A stretch of DNA of 50,563 nucleotides from Malassezia furfur. Lineage: Eukaryota. A program made the translations under genes and the position numbers. The notes beneath the pieces are model-generated. The model saw only the letters and a program-made list of their open reading frames with translations. It was not told the DNA's origin and did no database searches. Position 1 is the first letter of the stretch, and the number at the start of each line of letters is the position of its first letter. The DNA lies in assembly GCA_052055015.1 (NCBI GenBank), contig JBQJIT010000028.1. The stretch is one strand, 5' to 3'. Below, in pieces: positions 9,646 to 21,291 of the stretch.

Positions 9646-11453
9646 CTACGTACGCACCGGCTCGACCGCCGTGCTCTGCCGCACGGGCAGGCCGTGCTGC
9701 GCCAGTGCTTCCTTCACTTCGCCGATCGACACCTCGCGCCGGTGGAAGATGCCCGCAGCGAGCGCTGCTTCGATCGACGCGCCGCCCGTGGCGTCGCGCG
9801 GCGCAAACACCTCGGTAAAGTGCGCGGGCTTGCCTGCACCGCTGCTCGCGATCACTGAGATGTCCACGGCGCCGCGCACAAGGTCGATCAACTGCGTGTC
9901 GAAGCCCGCGTTGCTTCCGTCGCGGTCGATGCTGTTGATCAGCAGTTCGCCGGCACCGAGGCGCTCGACGCCGCGTGCAAGTTGCACCACGTCCATGTCG
10001 CGCATCTCGCGCCCGCCCTTGATGGTGCACGCGTACCACCACTGGGCAGGCTGTCCCTCGCGCCCCGCACGCTCGTCGGGGCCGCGCACCAGCGATGCGG
10101 CGTGCGCGGGGGGCACCAAGTTGCCCTCGTCGACGTACACGCGCTTGGGGTCGATCGACACGACCACCGCCTGCGAGCCGTACATGTGCGAGATCTGCTC
10201 GATGCCCGTGTCATTGGTCAGCGCGGCGTCCGGCGCCGCGCCGGGGTCGGCGCCCGCGCCGAGCGCCGCACACCGCTCCAAAAGGCGCTCGACGGCCGAC
10301 ACCGCCTCGCTGCCGATGCTCACCTTGTCGGCGCCCGCGCGGAAGTAGGCGTGTGCGACGTCAAGCGCAGGGTGGAAGGTCCCGTCGGGGTCCGTAAAGT
10401 CGCGAATCCCGCCGCCGATCGTGAGCGGCACGAAGATGGTCGCTGCCGCGACGCGGAGCAGCGCAAGCATCGGCTGGTCGCCAAGCGCCCAGTTGCGGAA
10501 CGAGGTGATGTTGAGGAAGGCCACCTCGTCCGCACCCTCTGCGTAGTAGCGCTGCGCCAGCTCCACAGGCTTGCCCATGTTGCGCACTTCGCCGCCCGTG
10601 TCACCGCTGCGCTCGCGCACGTCGTAACTCTCGCCCTTGGTCACCACCAGATCGCCCTGGTCGTTGGAACGCACATCAAGGCATGCCACAATGCGCCGCG
10701 TCGGCAGCGCATACGCACGGTGCGGCACAAACGTGCGCGGCACACTCGCCAGCGGCTCCGTCTGCCGCAGCCAGCCATCGAGCACCGCCAGGCCGGCCGC
10801 GCCGCTCTTTTCGGGGTGGAACTGCGTGGCAAAGACATTGTGGTGCTGCACCACCGATACATACGACTCGTCACCGTACTGTGTCGTGCCGAGCGTCCAG
10901 GGCGCCAGCTCGGGCGTGTAGGCGACGCGGTACGAGTGCACAAAGTAGTACCATTCGTCCTTCTTTAGACCAAACGCGCGCGCCGCCGCGTCGTCTCCCT
11001 CGGGCGCCTGCACCAGGCTCCAGCCAATGTGCGGCACGGCCTTTTTGTGTGTGTGCGTCGCGTCGTACTGCGCAAAGCGCCCGACACGCGCCGGCACAAT
11101 GCCAAGGCCCGCGACGCCGGGCGACTCATCCGAGCCCTCAAACAGCGCCTGCATTCCGACACAGATGCCCATATACGGCCTCCCACTTGCGATGTAGGCC
11201 CGCAGTGGCTCAAGGTAGCCCTCTCGCGCGAGCGCGTTCATCGCCGTGCCAAACGCACCGACGCCCGGAAAGAGCAGCTTCTGCAGGGTGAGTGCTTCTG
11301 TACCGCACGTACGTCGGCTTTGTCGATGTCAGATGGGTCGCGCACCCACTCGAAGTGGTGCCCGAGCCTCTCTAGGCTGTTCGCCAGGCTCTGGATGTCT
11401 GCGTGAGTGGCGTACGACCTACTTCCAGCGCCATAGTCGAGCAGGTAGAGCAT
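9646..11453 (-). CDS. HIS7: Imidazole glycerol phosphate synthase HisHF (3 exons; introns 11399-11422 and 11281-11312)
   Basis: Spliced N-terminus MLYLLDYGAGNIQSL...KLLFPGVGAFG; GICVGMQ and TQFHPEKSG (glutaminase); RIVACLDVR, GADEVAFLNIT, NSIDRDG (cyclase). Confidence 0.95.
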
Positions 11454-11527
11454 GGTGAGTCAGCTCAAAAAAGAGCACACGCCACGTGCGTCGGCGTTTT
11501 CTCCGACGACCCACGGACCACGCTGCG

Positions 11528-13774
11528 ATGGGCGCCAAACACAAGGGCCGCACGTACGCCGACGCGGCGAAACAGCACGCCGACGGCCAGAATGGCAAGA
11601 ACAAGACGACAAAGCAGGACGGCAGCACCAAGCCAATGCAGTCGAATGTGCCCGCCAGTGGCGATGCGCTGCAGACGCCCGCGGACCTCAAGCGCGACCT
11701 GCCGCACGACGCCGCGCACCTCCTGCGCGAGCCGCGGCTCGGCCAGGTCGCCCTGACGCTGCAGGTGATCAGCAGCATCTTGTTCCGTGCGCTCGTGTAT
11801 GTGTTTCTGCGAATCATCCCCGGCCGCGCGGGCTTCTACGCGCTGCACCTGTACGCGGCTTACCTCGTCAGCTGGGTGCTGTACGAGCTCAGCCTGCGTG
11901 CGCGACACCATGAAGCGCCGCGCCCGTGCATCAAAACACTCGCAGCCTCCCTGCTCCTCGGGCGCTCGACGCGCAACCGCCGCGTAAATGTGGCGCAGCT
12001 CGCGATCCACACCCTGTTGCTGGTGCTGTTCCTGGACAGCTACTTTTCGCCGTACATGTTCCCTTCGTACCGGGACGCACACCTGCGCTTTGCGCGTATG
12101 GGCGCGCTGAGCCCAACGAGCGCCAAACTGCACGTCCGCTACCCCCACCCGCTGCCCGTGCTCGACGGGCTATGGGAAAGCGACATCGATTCGGGCGTGC
12201 TGCAGGACGCGGCGCAGCTCGACGCACCCGTGCGCGTCGTGTGGCGCGCCGCACCCGAGGCGGATGCAAGCCCGGCCGAGGCGCTGCGCGCGAGCTCTGC
12301 GCTGCGCAATGCGCGCCGCTGGGAGCGTGGGCCGCTGCTGCACCTCTCGGCAGACACCGACTGGACGGCCACGGCGACGCTCGAGGACCTGTGGCCCGCG
12401 ACGCGCTACGAATGGCGCCTTGCGTTTGTGCACAACAACACGTTTGCGCCACTGCCCGAGCGCCCCGTGTCGTTTGTGACCTGGCCGGACCCGCGGCTGT
12501 CGTCGTACCTCAAAACCAAGCCCACCGAGCGTACGGCACAGGTGCCGCTCGACAACCCGAACCATTTCCGATTCGCCACGACATCGTGCATCAAGCCCGA
12601 CTTCCCGTACAACCCCGCGCAGTTCTGGGGCTGGAACTGGCTCCTGAAGTTGTTCGGCATCGGCGACGAGGTCGGCGGCATCGCCCAGCGCAACCGCATC
12701 CGCGGCTTTGACCTGATGGCCGACCGCCTCCTGCAGAACGGCCGCGCTGGCGTCCGCTTCCTGCTGGAACTGGGCGATTTGATCTACGCGGATGTGCCGC
12801 GGTACGAGGGGCCGTCGATCAGCGCGTACCGCAAGCTCTACCGCAACCTGTTTGCCTCCAAGTCGTTCCAGCGCGTTTTCTCGCGGATCACGGTGATCGG
12901 CATCTACGATGACCACGAGATCGTGAACAACTGGAGCGGTGGGGGATACGGTGCCGAGGACGCATCGCCGGACAAGAACGTCGCGCGCGCCTACGAGCAG
13001 CACCCGTCGCCCCCACCGGGTCTCCCTGCGGGGCTGCAGGCCTGGTCTGAATACATGGGAAACGCGAACCCCGCAGCGGTGCACCAGGGCGAGCACTACT
13101 TCACTTTCAACTATGGCGACACCGCCTTCTTTGTGATGGACACGCGCAAGCACCGTGTGCATCCCAGCTACCCGGGCGAGGAGCGCACCACGCTCGGCGT
13201 CCAGCAGCGTGCGGCACTGCTTACGTGGCTCAGCGAGGTAAACCACACGGCCACGTTCAAGTTTCTTGTGTCGTCGGTGCCGTTCACGTCGCTGTGGGGC
13301 GGGCCGCTCGACTTTGACGGACGCAAGGACGGGTGGTCGGCGTATCCTGAGGAACGCGCGGCGCTCCTCGACGTCCTTCAGTACGTGCCGAACGTCATCA
13401 TCCTGAGTGGCGACCGCCACGAATTTGCCTCGGTGAGCTTCCGTGATTCGGTGGTCGAGTTCAGCACAAGCCCTTTGTCCATGTTCTACATCCCCATCCG
13501 TACGCTCGCTCAGGAACACTCGATCGACCCACCAGGTGAGGAGCTACTGCTGAAATACCTCCCGGATGGCAACCACAAGTGGACTGAATTCGAGGTGGAC
13601 ACGCGCAGCCCTTCGGAGCCAGCCGTGCATGCCACGGTGATGGTCGACGGAAAGGAGGCATGGCGCCTGACCGTCATGGGTCGCCCGATCCGACGGTCGC
13701 AGGGAGCGCTGGGCTCGCTGGCCAAAAGTCTCATGGAACTGCTGGGATTCCGGAACCTGCGTTGGTTCGATTAA
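11528..13774 (+). CDS. PhoD-family (alkaline phosphatase D-like) metallophosphatase with N-terminal membrane segments
   Basis: LGDLIYAD, IYDDHEIVNNW, FFVMDTR, ILSGDRHEF; hydrophobic N-terminal stretches. First ATG at 11528. Confidence 0.88.
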   Translation: MGAKHKGRTYADAAKQHADGQNGKNKTTKQDGSTKPMQSNVPASGDALQTPADLKRDLPHDAAHLLREPRLGQVALTLQVISSILFRALVYVFLRIIPGRAGFYALHLYAAYLVSWVLYELSLRARHHEAPRPCIKTLAASLLLGRSTRNRRVNVAQLAIHTLLLVLFLDSYFSPYMFPSYRDAHLRFARMGALSPTSAKLHVRYPHPLPVLDGLWESDIDSGVLQDAAQLDAPVRVVWRAAPEADASPAEALRASSALRNARRWERGPLLHLSADTDWTATATLEDLWPATRYEWRLAFVHNNTFAPLPERPVSFVTWPDPRLSSYLKTKPTERTAQVPLDNPNHFRFATTSCIKPDFPYNPAQFWGWNWLLKLFGIGDEVGGIAQRNRIRGFDLMADRLLQNGRAGVRFLLELGDLIYADVPRYEGPSISAYRKLYRNLFASKSFQRVFSRITVIGIYDDHEIVNNWSGGGYGAEDASPDKNVARAYEQHPSPPPGLPAGLQAWSEYMGNANPAAVHQGEHYFTFNYGDTAFFVMDTRKHRVHPSYPGEERTTLGVQQRAALLTWLSEVNHTATFKFLVSSVPFTSLWGGPLDFDGRKDGWSAYPEERAALLDVLQYVPNVIILSGDRHEFASVSFRDSVVEFSTSPLSMFYIPIRTLAQEHSIDPPGEELLLKYLPDGNHKWTEFEVDTRSPSEPAVHATVMVDGKEAWRLTVMGRPIRRSQGALGSLAKSLMELLGFRNLRWFD

Positions 13775-13914
13775 TGCAGGCACTTCGGTAGCATCACTTA
13801 ATTGCTCTCCGTTTGCGTGAGACTTCCAAGGTCCATGGCCGAAAGCCTCCGGCGTGCGGAAAACAAAAGAGTTGCGGTCATGTAGTGTCTAACTAGCGGC
13901 CCTGTCAGAATAAA

Positions 13915-14014
13915 TCCCGGCTAGCTCAGTCGGTAGAGCGTCAGACTCTTAAAAGAGTCTCTTCGGTTACGAAGAGTTATCTGAATGTCGTGGGTTCGAG
14001 CCCCACGTTGGGAG
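13915..14014 (+). tRNA. tRNA-Lys(CTT) with 27-nt intron (13952-13978)
   Basis: Acceptor stem TCCCGGC/GTTGGGA; D-arm GCTCAGTCGGTAGAGC; anticodon stem TCAGA/TCTGA around CT-CTT-A; T-loop GGTTCGAGCC; oligo-T Pol III terminator follows. Confidence 0.93.
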
Positions 14015-14133
14015 TTTTTTTTTGCGCCTCCATAGTCCAGCCCAGACTGTTTGTACATTCCCTTTGCATACACAGAAAGCTAATTCTCGTCGCAATTTCA
14101 TTTCTGAAACATCATTTTGCATGGTTTCGTATC

Positions 14134-14838
14134 CTAAATACGGACACTAGCGTTGGCACGGTTTACCGTGCCGATTTTGTGCGCCTCGTCCTTGCGAGAA
14201 AGCACCGAGCTATTACCTTCCAATACCGCAAGCATTTCCACAGCCAGGCGGTGGCTAATCGAGCGGTCTGCCCTCCGACGGCTCGCCTCGATGATCCACA
14301 TAATTGCACGGCGTGTACTCTGACGCGCATTCAAAGGAATAGGGACCTGCATAGTCTTACCGCCTTGTTTGCGCGACTGCATGCGCAGGATGGGCTTCGC
14401 GAGCTCCACGGCTTCATAAACGAGCGGAAGTGGGTCCGAGTTGGTCAGCTTGGCCATATCCGCAAGCATGCCAGCAACAAAGCGTTCGGCAGTCGCCTTT
14501 TTTCCGTCCCGCATCAATAGGTTGACCATGAACTGAAGCAATGGATCTTGCCGCGGAGGCAGCGTGTCCAAAGTATATGTAAACGACGTCTTCGAAACCG
14601 TTTGCTTCGGGTGCGTACCGCCATTGGATAGCGCAACCTTGCTTGCATTCAACTCCGTCTTGTGCACGCCCTCGTTCGCGCTAGCCTCCGACATCTGCCG
14701 CACGACGCTGTTGGTTGAGAACGCCGCCACGCGCGCAGTAGCAGCGAGTCGCGAAACATTCATTACCGGTGCTAGAGGGGAAACAGCCTTCCACATAGCC
14801 GGGATGCGGCGGCCTTGCGCAGCGACGCCCGTCAGCAT
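14134..14838 (-). CDS. RSM7: Mitochondrial ribosomal protein uS7m
   Basis: FMVNLLMRDGKKATAE...VPIPLNARQSTRRAIMWIIEAS...KDEAHKIGTVNRANA; presequence-like N-terminus from ATG 14838. Confidence 0.9.
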   Translation of the reverse strand: MLTGVAAQGRRIPAMWKAVSPLAPVMNVSRLAATARVAAFSTNSVVRQMSEASANEGVHKTELNASKVALSNGGTHPKQTVSKTSFTYTLDTLPPRQDPLLQFMVNLLMRDGKKATAERFVAGMLADMAKLTNSDPLPLVYEAVELAKPILRMQSRKQGGKTMQVPIPLNARQSTRRAIMWIIEASRRRADRSISHRLAVEMLAVLEGNSSVLSRKDEAHKIGTVNRANASVRI

Positions 14839-14921
14839 GGTGCGAAAAGGCGTATGGCGGCGGTAGCAGAGGTGGTCACGTGCCCCTCCTCCACCGCTTC
14901 CTCTCTTCATCGTATTCGGAT

Positions 14922-15520
14922 ATGGCCCCTGACGAGGTTCCTGGTCGGCCGCGTCCGGGCCCACCGCCACCTAGGCCTCCATTTAGCGCGCCTGCAGATG
15001 TGAGATACGACGTTCCACCACCGTGGTCGGGCGTGGGCCAAGAACCGCGGAGTGCACCTGTCCGACCTCCACCTCCTTCAGCTGGCCCTCCGCGCCCGAG
15101 GAACAGCCGCTGGGATGCACCACCATCCAGCGTACCCAATGCCCCGCCACTTGGAAGTGTGGATGGACATTCCCGTCCCATTTCATTGATACCCCGTGCA
15201 CCTCCTCGTGCACCCATTGCCCCTGAACTGATGAAAGAGGTACGTTTACCATACCGGTGCTGACGCAGATTGCGGATATTCGGGCTCAGCGAATGCAGAC
15301 TATTCGGTCTCACTATCTTGTGACGAGCAAGTCGACGTCGGGGAGTGCCACGATTCCACCGCATTTCTCCCTCCAGAGCTCGCTGATGGAGTTGAGCGAC
15401 GCTGAGCTAGAATCGAGCGCGATGCACGCACGAACCGAGTTTCTTGAAGCGTCACTGGTCCGCACTCAGGAAGATGCCTTTGCCTACTCGGCAGTGACAA
15501 GTGCTACACAGCATGCCTAA
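14922..15520 (+). CDS. Small hypothetical protein with Pro-rich N-terminus and helical C-terminus (intron 15240-15268)
   Basis: ORFs 14880..15263 and 15257..15520 join in frame through a 29-nt GTACGT...CTGAC.GCAG intron. Confidence 0.65.
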
Positions 15521-16499
15521 GGATGGTGCCCTTTTCGATACCATGTTTATTATGTCTAGTTTCTAAGCGACCGTGTACTATGCGCTTTTGAGCCTAGCGC
15601 TGTCCTGAAGGGGTCTAGGAATGCGTCTATGTTTCAGTAGACGGTCCTGTCTCGCTTAGCCATTTATCACTCTTGCTCACAAGACCCGCCATGATCGGCG
15701 GTTTCGCTCGACGACGGCACCGGATGACAACGCCGGAGCCTATTTTTATTCACTGAGCCTATCTATCCTATTTGGCACATACTCTAACAGTATGGATGCC
15801 GTATGCACAACCCTTAGCCTTTTTTAACTGCGCCGACTCTGCTATGCTGCCTTGCTACAGATGGGGTAATTTCCTATTTCGACGCCATTCCTGCTTACAC
15901 TCGGTGTCATGAAATGTTATCGAGGGACACGCCCCCCGATCACGTTTTATCAAAAAAAAGCACAGACCGCCCTGATCGCCGTGTGGTCCACTCGGCCCCC
16001 TTCCGGCGGCCCACGGCGCGGTGCGGAGGTAAGCTTGATCTTCCTGGGCGCATTATCACGCCTGTCCCCAAAACTAAATCTGTGGAGATGCTGACCGATC
16101 GCATGTATTTGACAGGCGCGGTACTGAAGATGACATCACATTACATCTGGAGCTATATTTAAGCTACCAATTCCTGAAGCCCATGACATGCAACCAATCA
16201 TAATATGGCCCTCTGCAGAAGATTTGCACGCCTCGATCAATTCAAGGTGTTGCTTGGTAAGCAAATTGCAGTGGGGTCGTACTGGGGCAACGCGACCCGA
16301 GCACTGTCTGAATAGGAAGCATCGTAACATTCTGGTGAGAAACTCTAGGTTTTACGATAATTCGAGGAGCTAGTGCTATTATCTGGTACTAGTTCTGTGT
16401 CACACAACCAGAGTTTAGTCCCGTCCAGGATGTCATTCGTCTTCCCGGATCTGCCTGCGTGGCTCCTGGACGAAGTGCCAGCGTATCACCAATATATAC

Positions 16500-17596
16500 G
16501 TGTCATTAGACCTCGTGGACAGTACTGACACACCCTTACAGTCAGCGCATACGCGATCAACCGTGTTGGACCCGCTCCAAGGAACTAATGCGTATGAGGC
16601 AACTACTGCCTACGATTCTGAAAGCTTAAAAGCGTTGACAAGCTTGGACCGCTTGGTCGCACCCGCGGCCAACCAAGCTCCGTTTCCGTATACCGCCGAT
16701 GCGAATCTGTTGCAAGATCGCTTCATGCACGGCATGGCGTGGACACCTATGGGTATGGGTGGACCCACTCCGTATGCCGTAGCTGGCGATGGCGCGATGG
16801 CGCCGAATATGTCCGTGTCTCCGCTGCTCAGCAATGGGGGCATGTCGTATGGAGCGTCGGTGATGCCAACGGCACCGATGGCTCTCCGCCAGCCGTATGC
16901 GATGGGCTATCCTATACCCATTGCGCCGGTACCCACGCGTATGCCTGGCGTGCCGGATGAAGAGACGCGATTCCCAGCGTCGAACACATTTGTCGATTCG
17001 GCTTCGAACCCGACCTCGGATGCGTCGCGCGCGTCGCTATTGCAAGACTCTCCTTTTCAGCCTGATGACAGCGAGACTATCACGCAGTCTACGTATTCGA
17101 CGCCACAGGCGCTGTGCGACACTAGTGCGGCCTATCCTAGCGCCGTCGGTCTGCGAGGGGCGGCCATGCAGAGCCGGTCGCGCTCCCCGTCTCCCAAGTG
17201 GGCGCCGTTGTCATCACGATGGGATGACTACGGCAGTGCTTCCCTCATGGATCTTTCCAAGCGTGGCGATACTTCTGCCACATCCAAGTCGCGACCGTTT
17301 GTGTGTTCCTATTGTTCGCGGGCGTTCGCTCGCAAGCATGACCTGGAGCGCCATGCGCGCGTTCACGTATGTTCGCCTATGCATACTGACCCCACAGTCG
17401 GGCGATCGTCCATACGTTTGTGCCGAGTGCAAAAAAGGCTTTCCGCGCAGCGATGCGCTGCGGCGCCATATGTATGTCCCTGACTCCCGATGCGTGTACT
17501 AATGGCAGGCGCGTTGAGCACGGAACTCCAAGCCCCGGTGGTCGCGGGACGACGCCTGGTGAGCCGGAGTCTACGCGGCACGACGAAGAGGGATGA
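16500..17596 (+). CDS. C2H2 zinc-finger transcription factor with two fingers (introns 17367-17397 and 17472-17508); 5' end uncertain
   Basis: Spliced product RPFVCSYCSRAFARKHDLERHARVH-SGDRPYVCAECKKGFPRSDALRRHMRVEH. First in-frame ATG is 16725; an upstream exon (ATG 16430) is possible but unresolved. Confidence 0.82.
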
Positions 17597-17664
17597 AGGC
17601 GAGACATCGTCAATTCCTCACCTCTCTTCTGATATGCTGCATTGTACTATAATGATGCCCTTCC

Positions 17665-18876
17665 CTATTTCCCCTCCAGGCGCGACAAGTCCAGGCGCGA
17701 GTCTTTTGCTAGGATTTCCGGTGTGAGCACCGAGTCACGGACTTTGAGCAGCTCTTTGAAAGAGTGCTTGATGGTGACATCCGATACACCTGCCGCGACG
17801 GAAATGCGCCTGGCTGTCCTCTGTTCATTGACCAGCATTGTAACAAGGTAGATAGAGGCCGCCGCGATGGTGATCGGGGAGCGGCCGGCCAAGTAACCGA
17901 GATCATGAATCCGATTAGTGATAGCTTCAGTCACCCGCACAATCGACATGTCCAGGCCCAGGTGGTTACAGTAACGTGCCACCAGATCCGTCGCGCCCAC
18001 CGCGAGCCCGAGCGGCGTGCCGCTACCAGACGTGCCTGGCCCAGGCCCGGCGTCCGCGTGCGCCTCTTCGGCGCCCTCGACCGAGCCCATGCCCGTCGCG
18101 TTCAGGCCGAACGCGTCGCGCATTTCACGGAAGCACCGCGCAACCTGCGCCTTCTTGGCCGAGGTCAGCGCACACACCTCGGGGAATGTGCGGGGCACGC
18201 GGTTGACCCGGCACGCGACATAGATGGCCGCGGCGATGATGGCGTCCGTGTGCTTTCCACGCAGCAGCTTCTCTTGGTCCACCCGGCGGTACGCCTGTTT
18301 TGCCGTGTCGCACACGGTGCGTGGCAGATGGATACTGTCGCACTTATTCTGGATCGAGTCGAACGCATCCAGCAGCGAGCGGTCGCGCGTGGCATAGGTA
18401 CGCGACATGGTCCGCATCAGGTCGCGCGACGTGCCTGTGCCGCCATCGCGCGTACCGATGCGGCTCTCCAGCTGCTCGGTAATACCGTCGAGGATGGGGT
18501 TCGACGCGCTACCCACACGCGAAGGATCGTCACCGTCCTCGTTGGCAAACGTACGCCACTCGCTGCGCGTGTCGACAATGCGGTCACCCAGCACAAGCCC
18601 GCAGTCTGCGCACACTAGGTCGCCACTCGCAAACTCCTCCGTGATATTCGGCGGGACCGTCTGGCACTCGGGGCACATGAGACGCACGTTGAGATCCGGC
18701 AGGAACTGTTTCGGCGCCTTGCGCTGTTGGTTGCGCGCAGCCAGTGCCTCGGCCTCGACCAGCCCATGGTGTGCCGCACGCTCTGCACGCTCCGCTGCAA
18801 ACCGCGGGGTGATCGCAAACGCGTCCGAGAGCGACGGCGGCGCGGCGGGCGCCCGCGACTCCGACTCGGACGCCAT
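17665..18876 (-). CDS. SUA7: General transcription factor TFIIB
   Basis: Zn ribbon CPEC...LVCADCGLVLGDRIVDTRSEWRTF, cyclin repeats, GRSPITIAAASIY. ATG at 18876. Confidence 0.95.
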   Translation of the reverse strand: MASESESRAPAAPPSLSDAFAITPRFAAERAERAAHHGLVEAEALAARNQQRKAPKQFLPDLNVRLMCPECQTVPPNITEEFASGDLVCADCGLVLGDRIVDTRSEWRTFANEDGDDPSRVGSASNPILDGITEQLESRIGTRDGGTGTSRDLMRTMSRTYATRDRSLLDAFDSIQNKCDSIHLPRTVCDTAKQAYRRVDQEKLLRGKHTDAIIAAAIYVACRVNRVPRTFPEVCALTSAKKAQVARCFREMRDAFGLNATGMGSVEGAEEAHADAGPGPGTSGSGTPLGLAVGATDLVARYCNHLGLDMSIVRVTEAITNRIHDLGYLAGRSPITIAAASIYLVTMLVNEQRTARRISVAAGVSDVTIKHSFKELLKVRDSVLTPEILAKDSRLDLSRLEGK

Positions 18877-18950
18877 GGTCAGGGATCGAAGGTGGAGGCG
18901 TGGCCGATGCACCCACGTGGCACATCGGCGCAGGGAGGGTTGCACCCGCG

Positions 18951-21284
18951 ATGGCCGACGAGTCGGTGTCGAGCTTCGCGGCGTTCGCGGACGCGTACCG
19001 CGCTGCCAAGTCGCTCGACGTGGCGCAGCAGCTCGATCCACAGTCAGGCACGGCACTCGTCTTTGCTGATATCTGTGCGGATCGTGCACGGCTCGCCCAG
19101 GACGGCGTGCCGCCTGCCGCGCCGCTCGACGACTTGCACGCTGAAGAATGGGACACGGAGCAGCATACCTGGCGACTAATCCAGCTACTCTTCTCGTATG
19201 TCCTCCTCACTTACACAGTGAGCGCCTCGAGGCGCGCCCCGAGCGCAGCGATCCCGAGCACGCGTACGAGACGCCGCTCGCGACCGTGCAGCGGATTCTC
19301 GCGTCCGACTCGGAGCTGGCCGAGCTTAAAATCGTGCGCGAGTGGCTCCAAGATTTGCTGCCCGTCGTGCACACGGTCGAGGTGCGCAAGGGGTACCTGT
19401 CGTTTACGAAAAATGCGCTGCGCGCCAACCGTACGCAGCTGCCATCCGGTGGCCGCCGAGGAAACCAGCGGCTCGTGGACCAGCTTGACCCCGACGCGGC
19501 GGTACGTGGGCCTGGAGTGCTGGATGTCGAGGATGTGAACTACGAAAAGGCGCTGCTGCGCACGCTCTTTGAGTACGTGCGTGCCGGTGAGCTCGACAAG
19601 GCACTGCACCTCTGCACGCAGACCAGCCAGCCATGGCGTGCGGCGTCGCTGCGCGGCGCACTTTTCTACCATGACCACGGTCTATCTGACGTGGGCGGTG
19701 CCGAGGCCATAGGTGACCGCCTGCGCAGTATCTGGCGTCGCGTCGCCGAGAAGGCCGCCAACAGTGTACGTGCGAAGATAACTAACGCAGCTTGCAATCG
19801 ATCCGTACGAGCGGGCGCTGTATGGCGCGCTGTGCGGCCACCTGTCCTCGGTGCTTGCCGTAAGCGAGACGTGGGAAGAGCAGCTCTGGGGCTACATTAA
19901 TGCGCGCTTCGAGCAGCGTCTGCAGCACGAGCTCGATGCGGCGTTGCCCAGCGACGCTGTACGCGCGCCGACGAGCGGCTCCGCAGAGGCATTTGAGGAC
20001 CTTGAGTCGATCTTTGAGCAGCTCGTGCAGTCCAAGACGCCGGGTGTCGAGCACGCTGCGATGGATCCGTACCACATCACGCAGCGCGCCGTGATCACCA
20101 ACCAGCTGCCCGATCTGATCGCGCGTGTGAATGCGCGCCTGCCCGAGCTTGAGGCGCTGCGTCCCGAGGTGTATGCGCGGTTCGTGCGCTTCTTTGCGCA
20201 CCTTGTGCTGTACTGTCACCTGATTCACATCCCTCTGCCGATCACGCTGCGCGCGCCGATTCTGAACGCGTACGTGGGTGTGCTGCAGCGTGCGAACCAG
20301 AGCAGCGAGCTGGTTGCGCTGTATGCCAGCAGTCTTGACACGGCCGACGCGCACGTCGTGTTTGCCGAATTCTTGTGCAGCCTGCCGACCGACGCGGCGC
20401 TCGAGGAGCGGCGGCGCGCGCTGCTTCAGTCGCAGCCGCACAACCTCGATCCGGCGATTGTTGCGCGGTGTACGGTGGACATGGTGTTTGGTGCGCTGCT
20501 GCCTGAGCTGGCCGAGAGCGGCCCGACGAGCGACTGGGACGCGTCGCTCACCGACACGGAGCGCCGCCTGATCTACGCTGTGGACTGGCTCACGTTCTTT
20601 GAGGCGACGTACGCGGATGCCGTCGTGCAGACCAATCGGCTGATGCGCGTGTTTATGGTGACCGGTCGGCTGCATGCAGCACACAGCCTGTTGCGCCGCC
20701 TGCCGCCCGAGCTGTTTGCCCAACTCGACCAGATCGAGGTGCCTGCCGACCAGGTGCTCGAGGTGGATCACTGGCGCAGCTACTTTGACGTCCTTGACAA
20801 GAACGTCGCGGTGCGCGGGCTGTGGAGCGACTACTGCCACGCCGATTCGCGCACCGAGCAGCATGAGGGGCTGCAAGCACTCGCAAGCGCCGTCGAGGCC
20901 GCGCGCCTCGCGAACCTCGAGCTGCTCGAGCTCGGTTGGCTGCGCCTCGATGTCGAGCCAGCGTCTGAGGAGGAGGCGCAGCGGCTGCACGAGCTCGTGG
21001 TGATCCGCCGGCGGTACATCCCCGAGATCGTGCTGAGCCTGCACCTGATGCTTGTGGACACGAGCCAGGCGATTTCTGCCAATCTGGCGCATGCACTGCA
21101 GCTGCCGAACTTGATTGCGGACGAGCGGTTGCGCCTCTACGCCGAGTTTGCGACACCCGAACCAACCGCCGACGGTTCGCACAACCTGCTGCGTGCCTAT
21201 CTCGAGCACGTGCGCAGCGCTGCGCTTCTGGCCATGGACCGGCACGAGGATGTGCTGGGGTGCAACGAGAGCGTCGTCGTATAG
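18951..21284 (+). CDS. NUP84: Nucleoporin Nup84/Nup107 (introns 19196-19218 and 19766-19790)
   Basis: WDTEQHTWRLI; ELKIVREWLQ; LDPDAAVR; LFEYVRAG...QPWRAASLRG; DPYERALYGALCG...TWEEQLW; IRRRYIPEIVLSLH. Both introns restore frame. Confidence 0.92.
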
Positions 21285-21291
21285 TCTAGTC

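Noticed and set aside
14560..14630. Possible additional intron in RSM7 (GTACGC donor-like site)
   Set aside because: No branch/acceptor pair that preserves frame was found, and the ORF is continuous without it.
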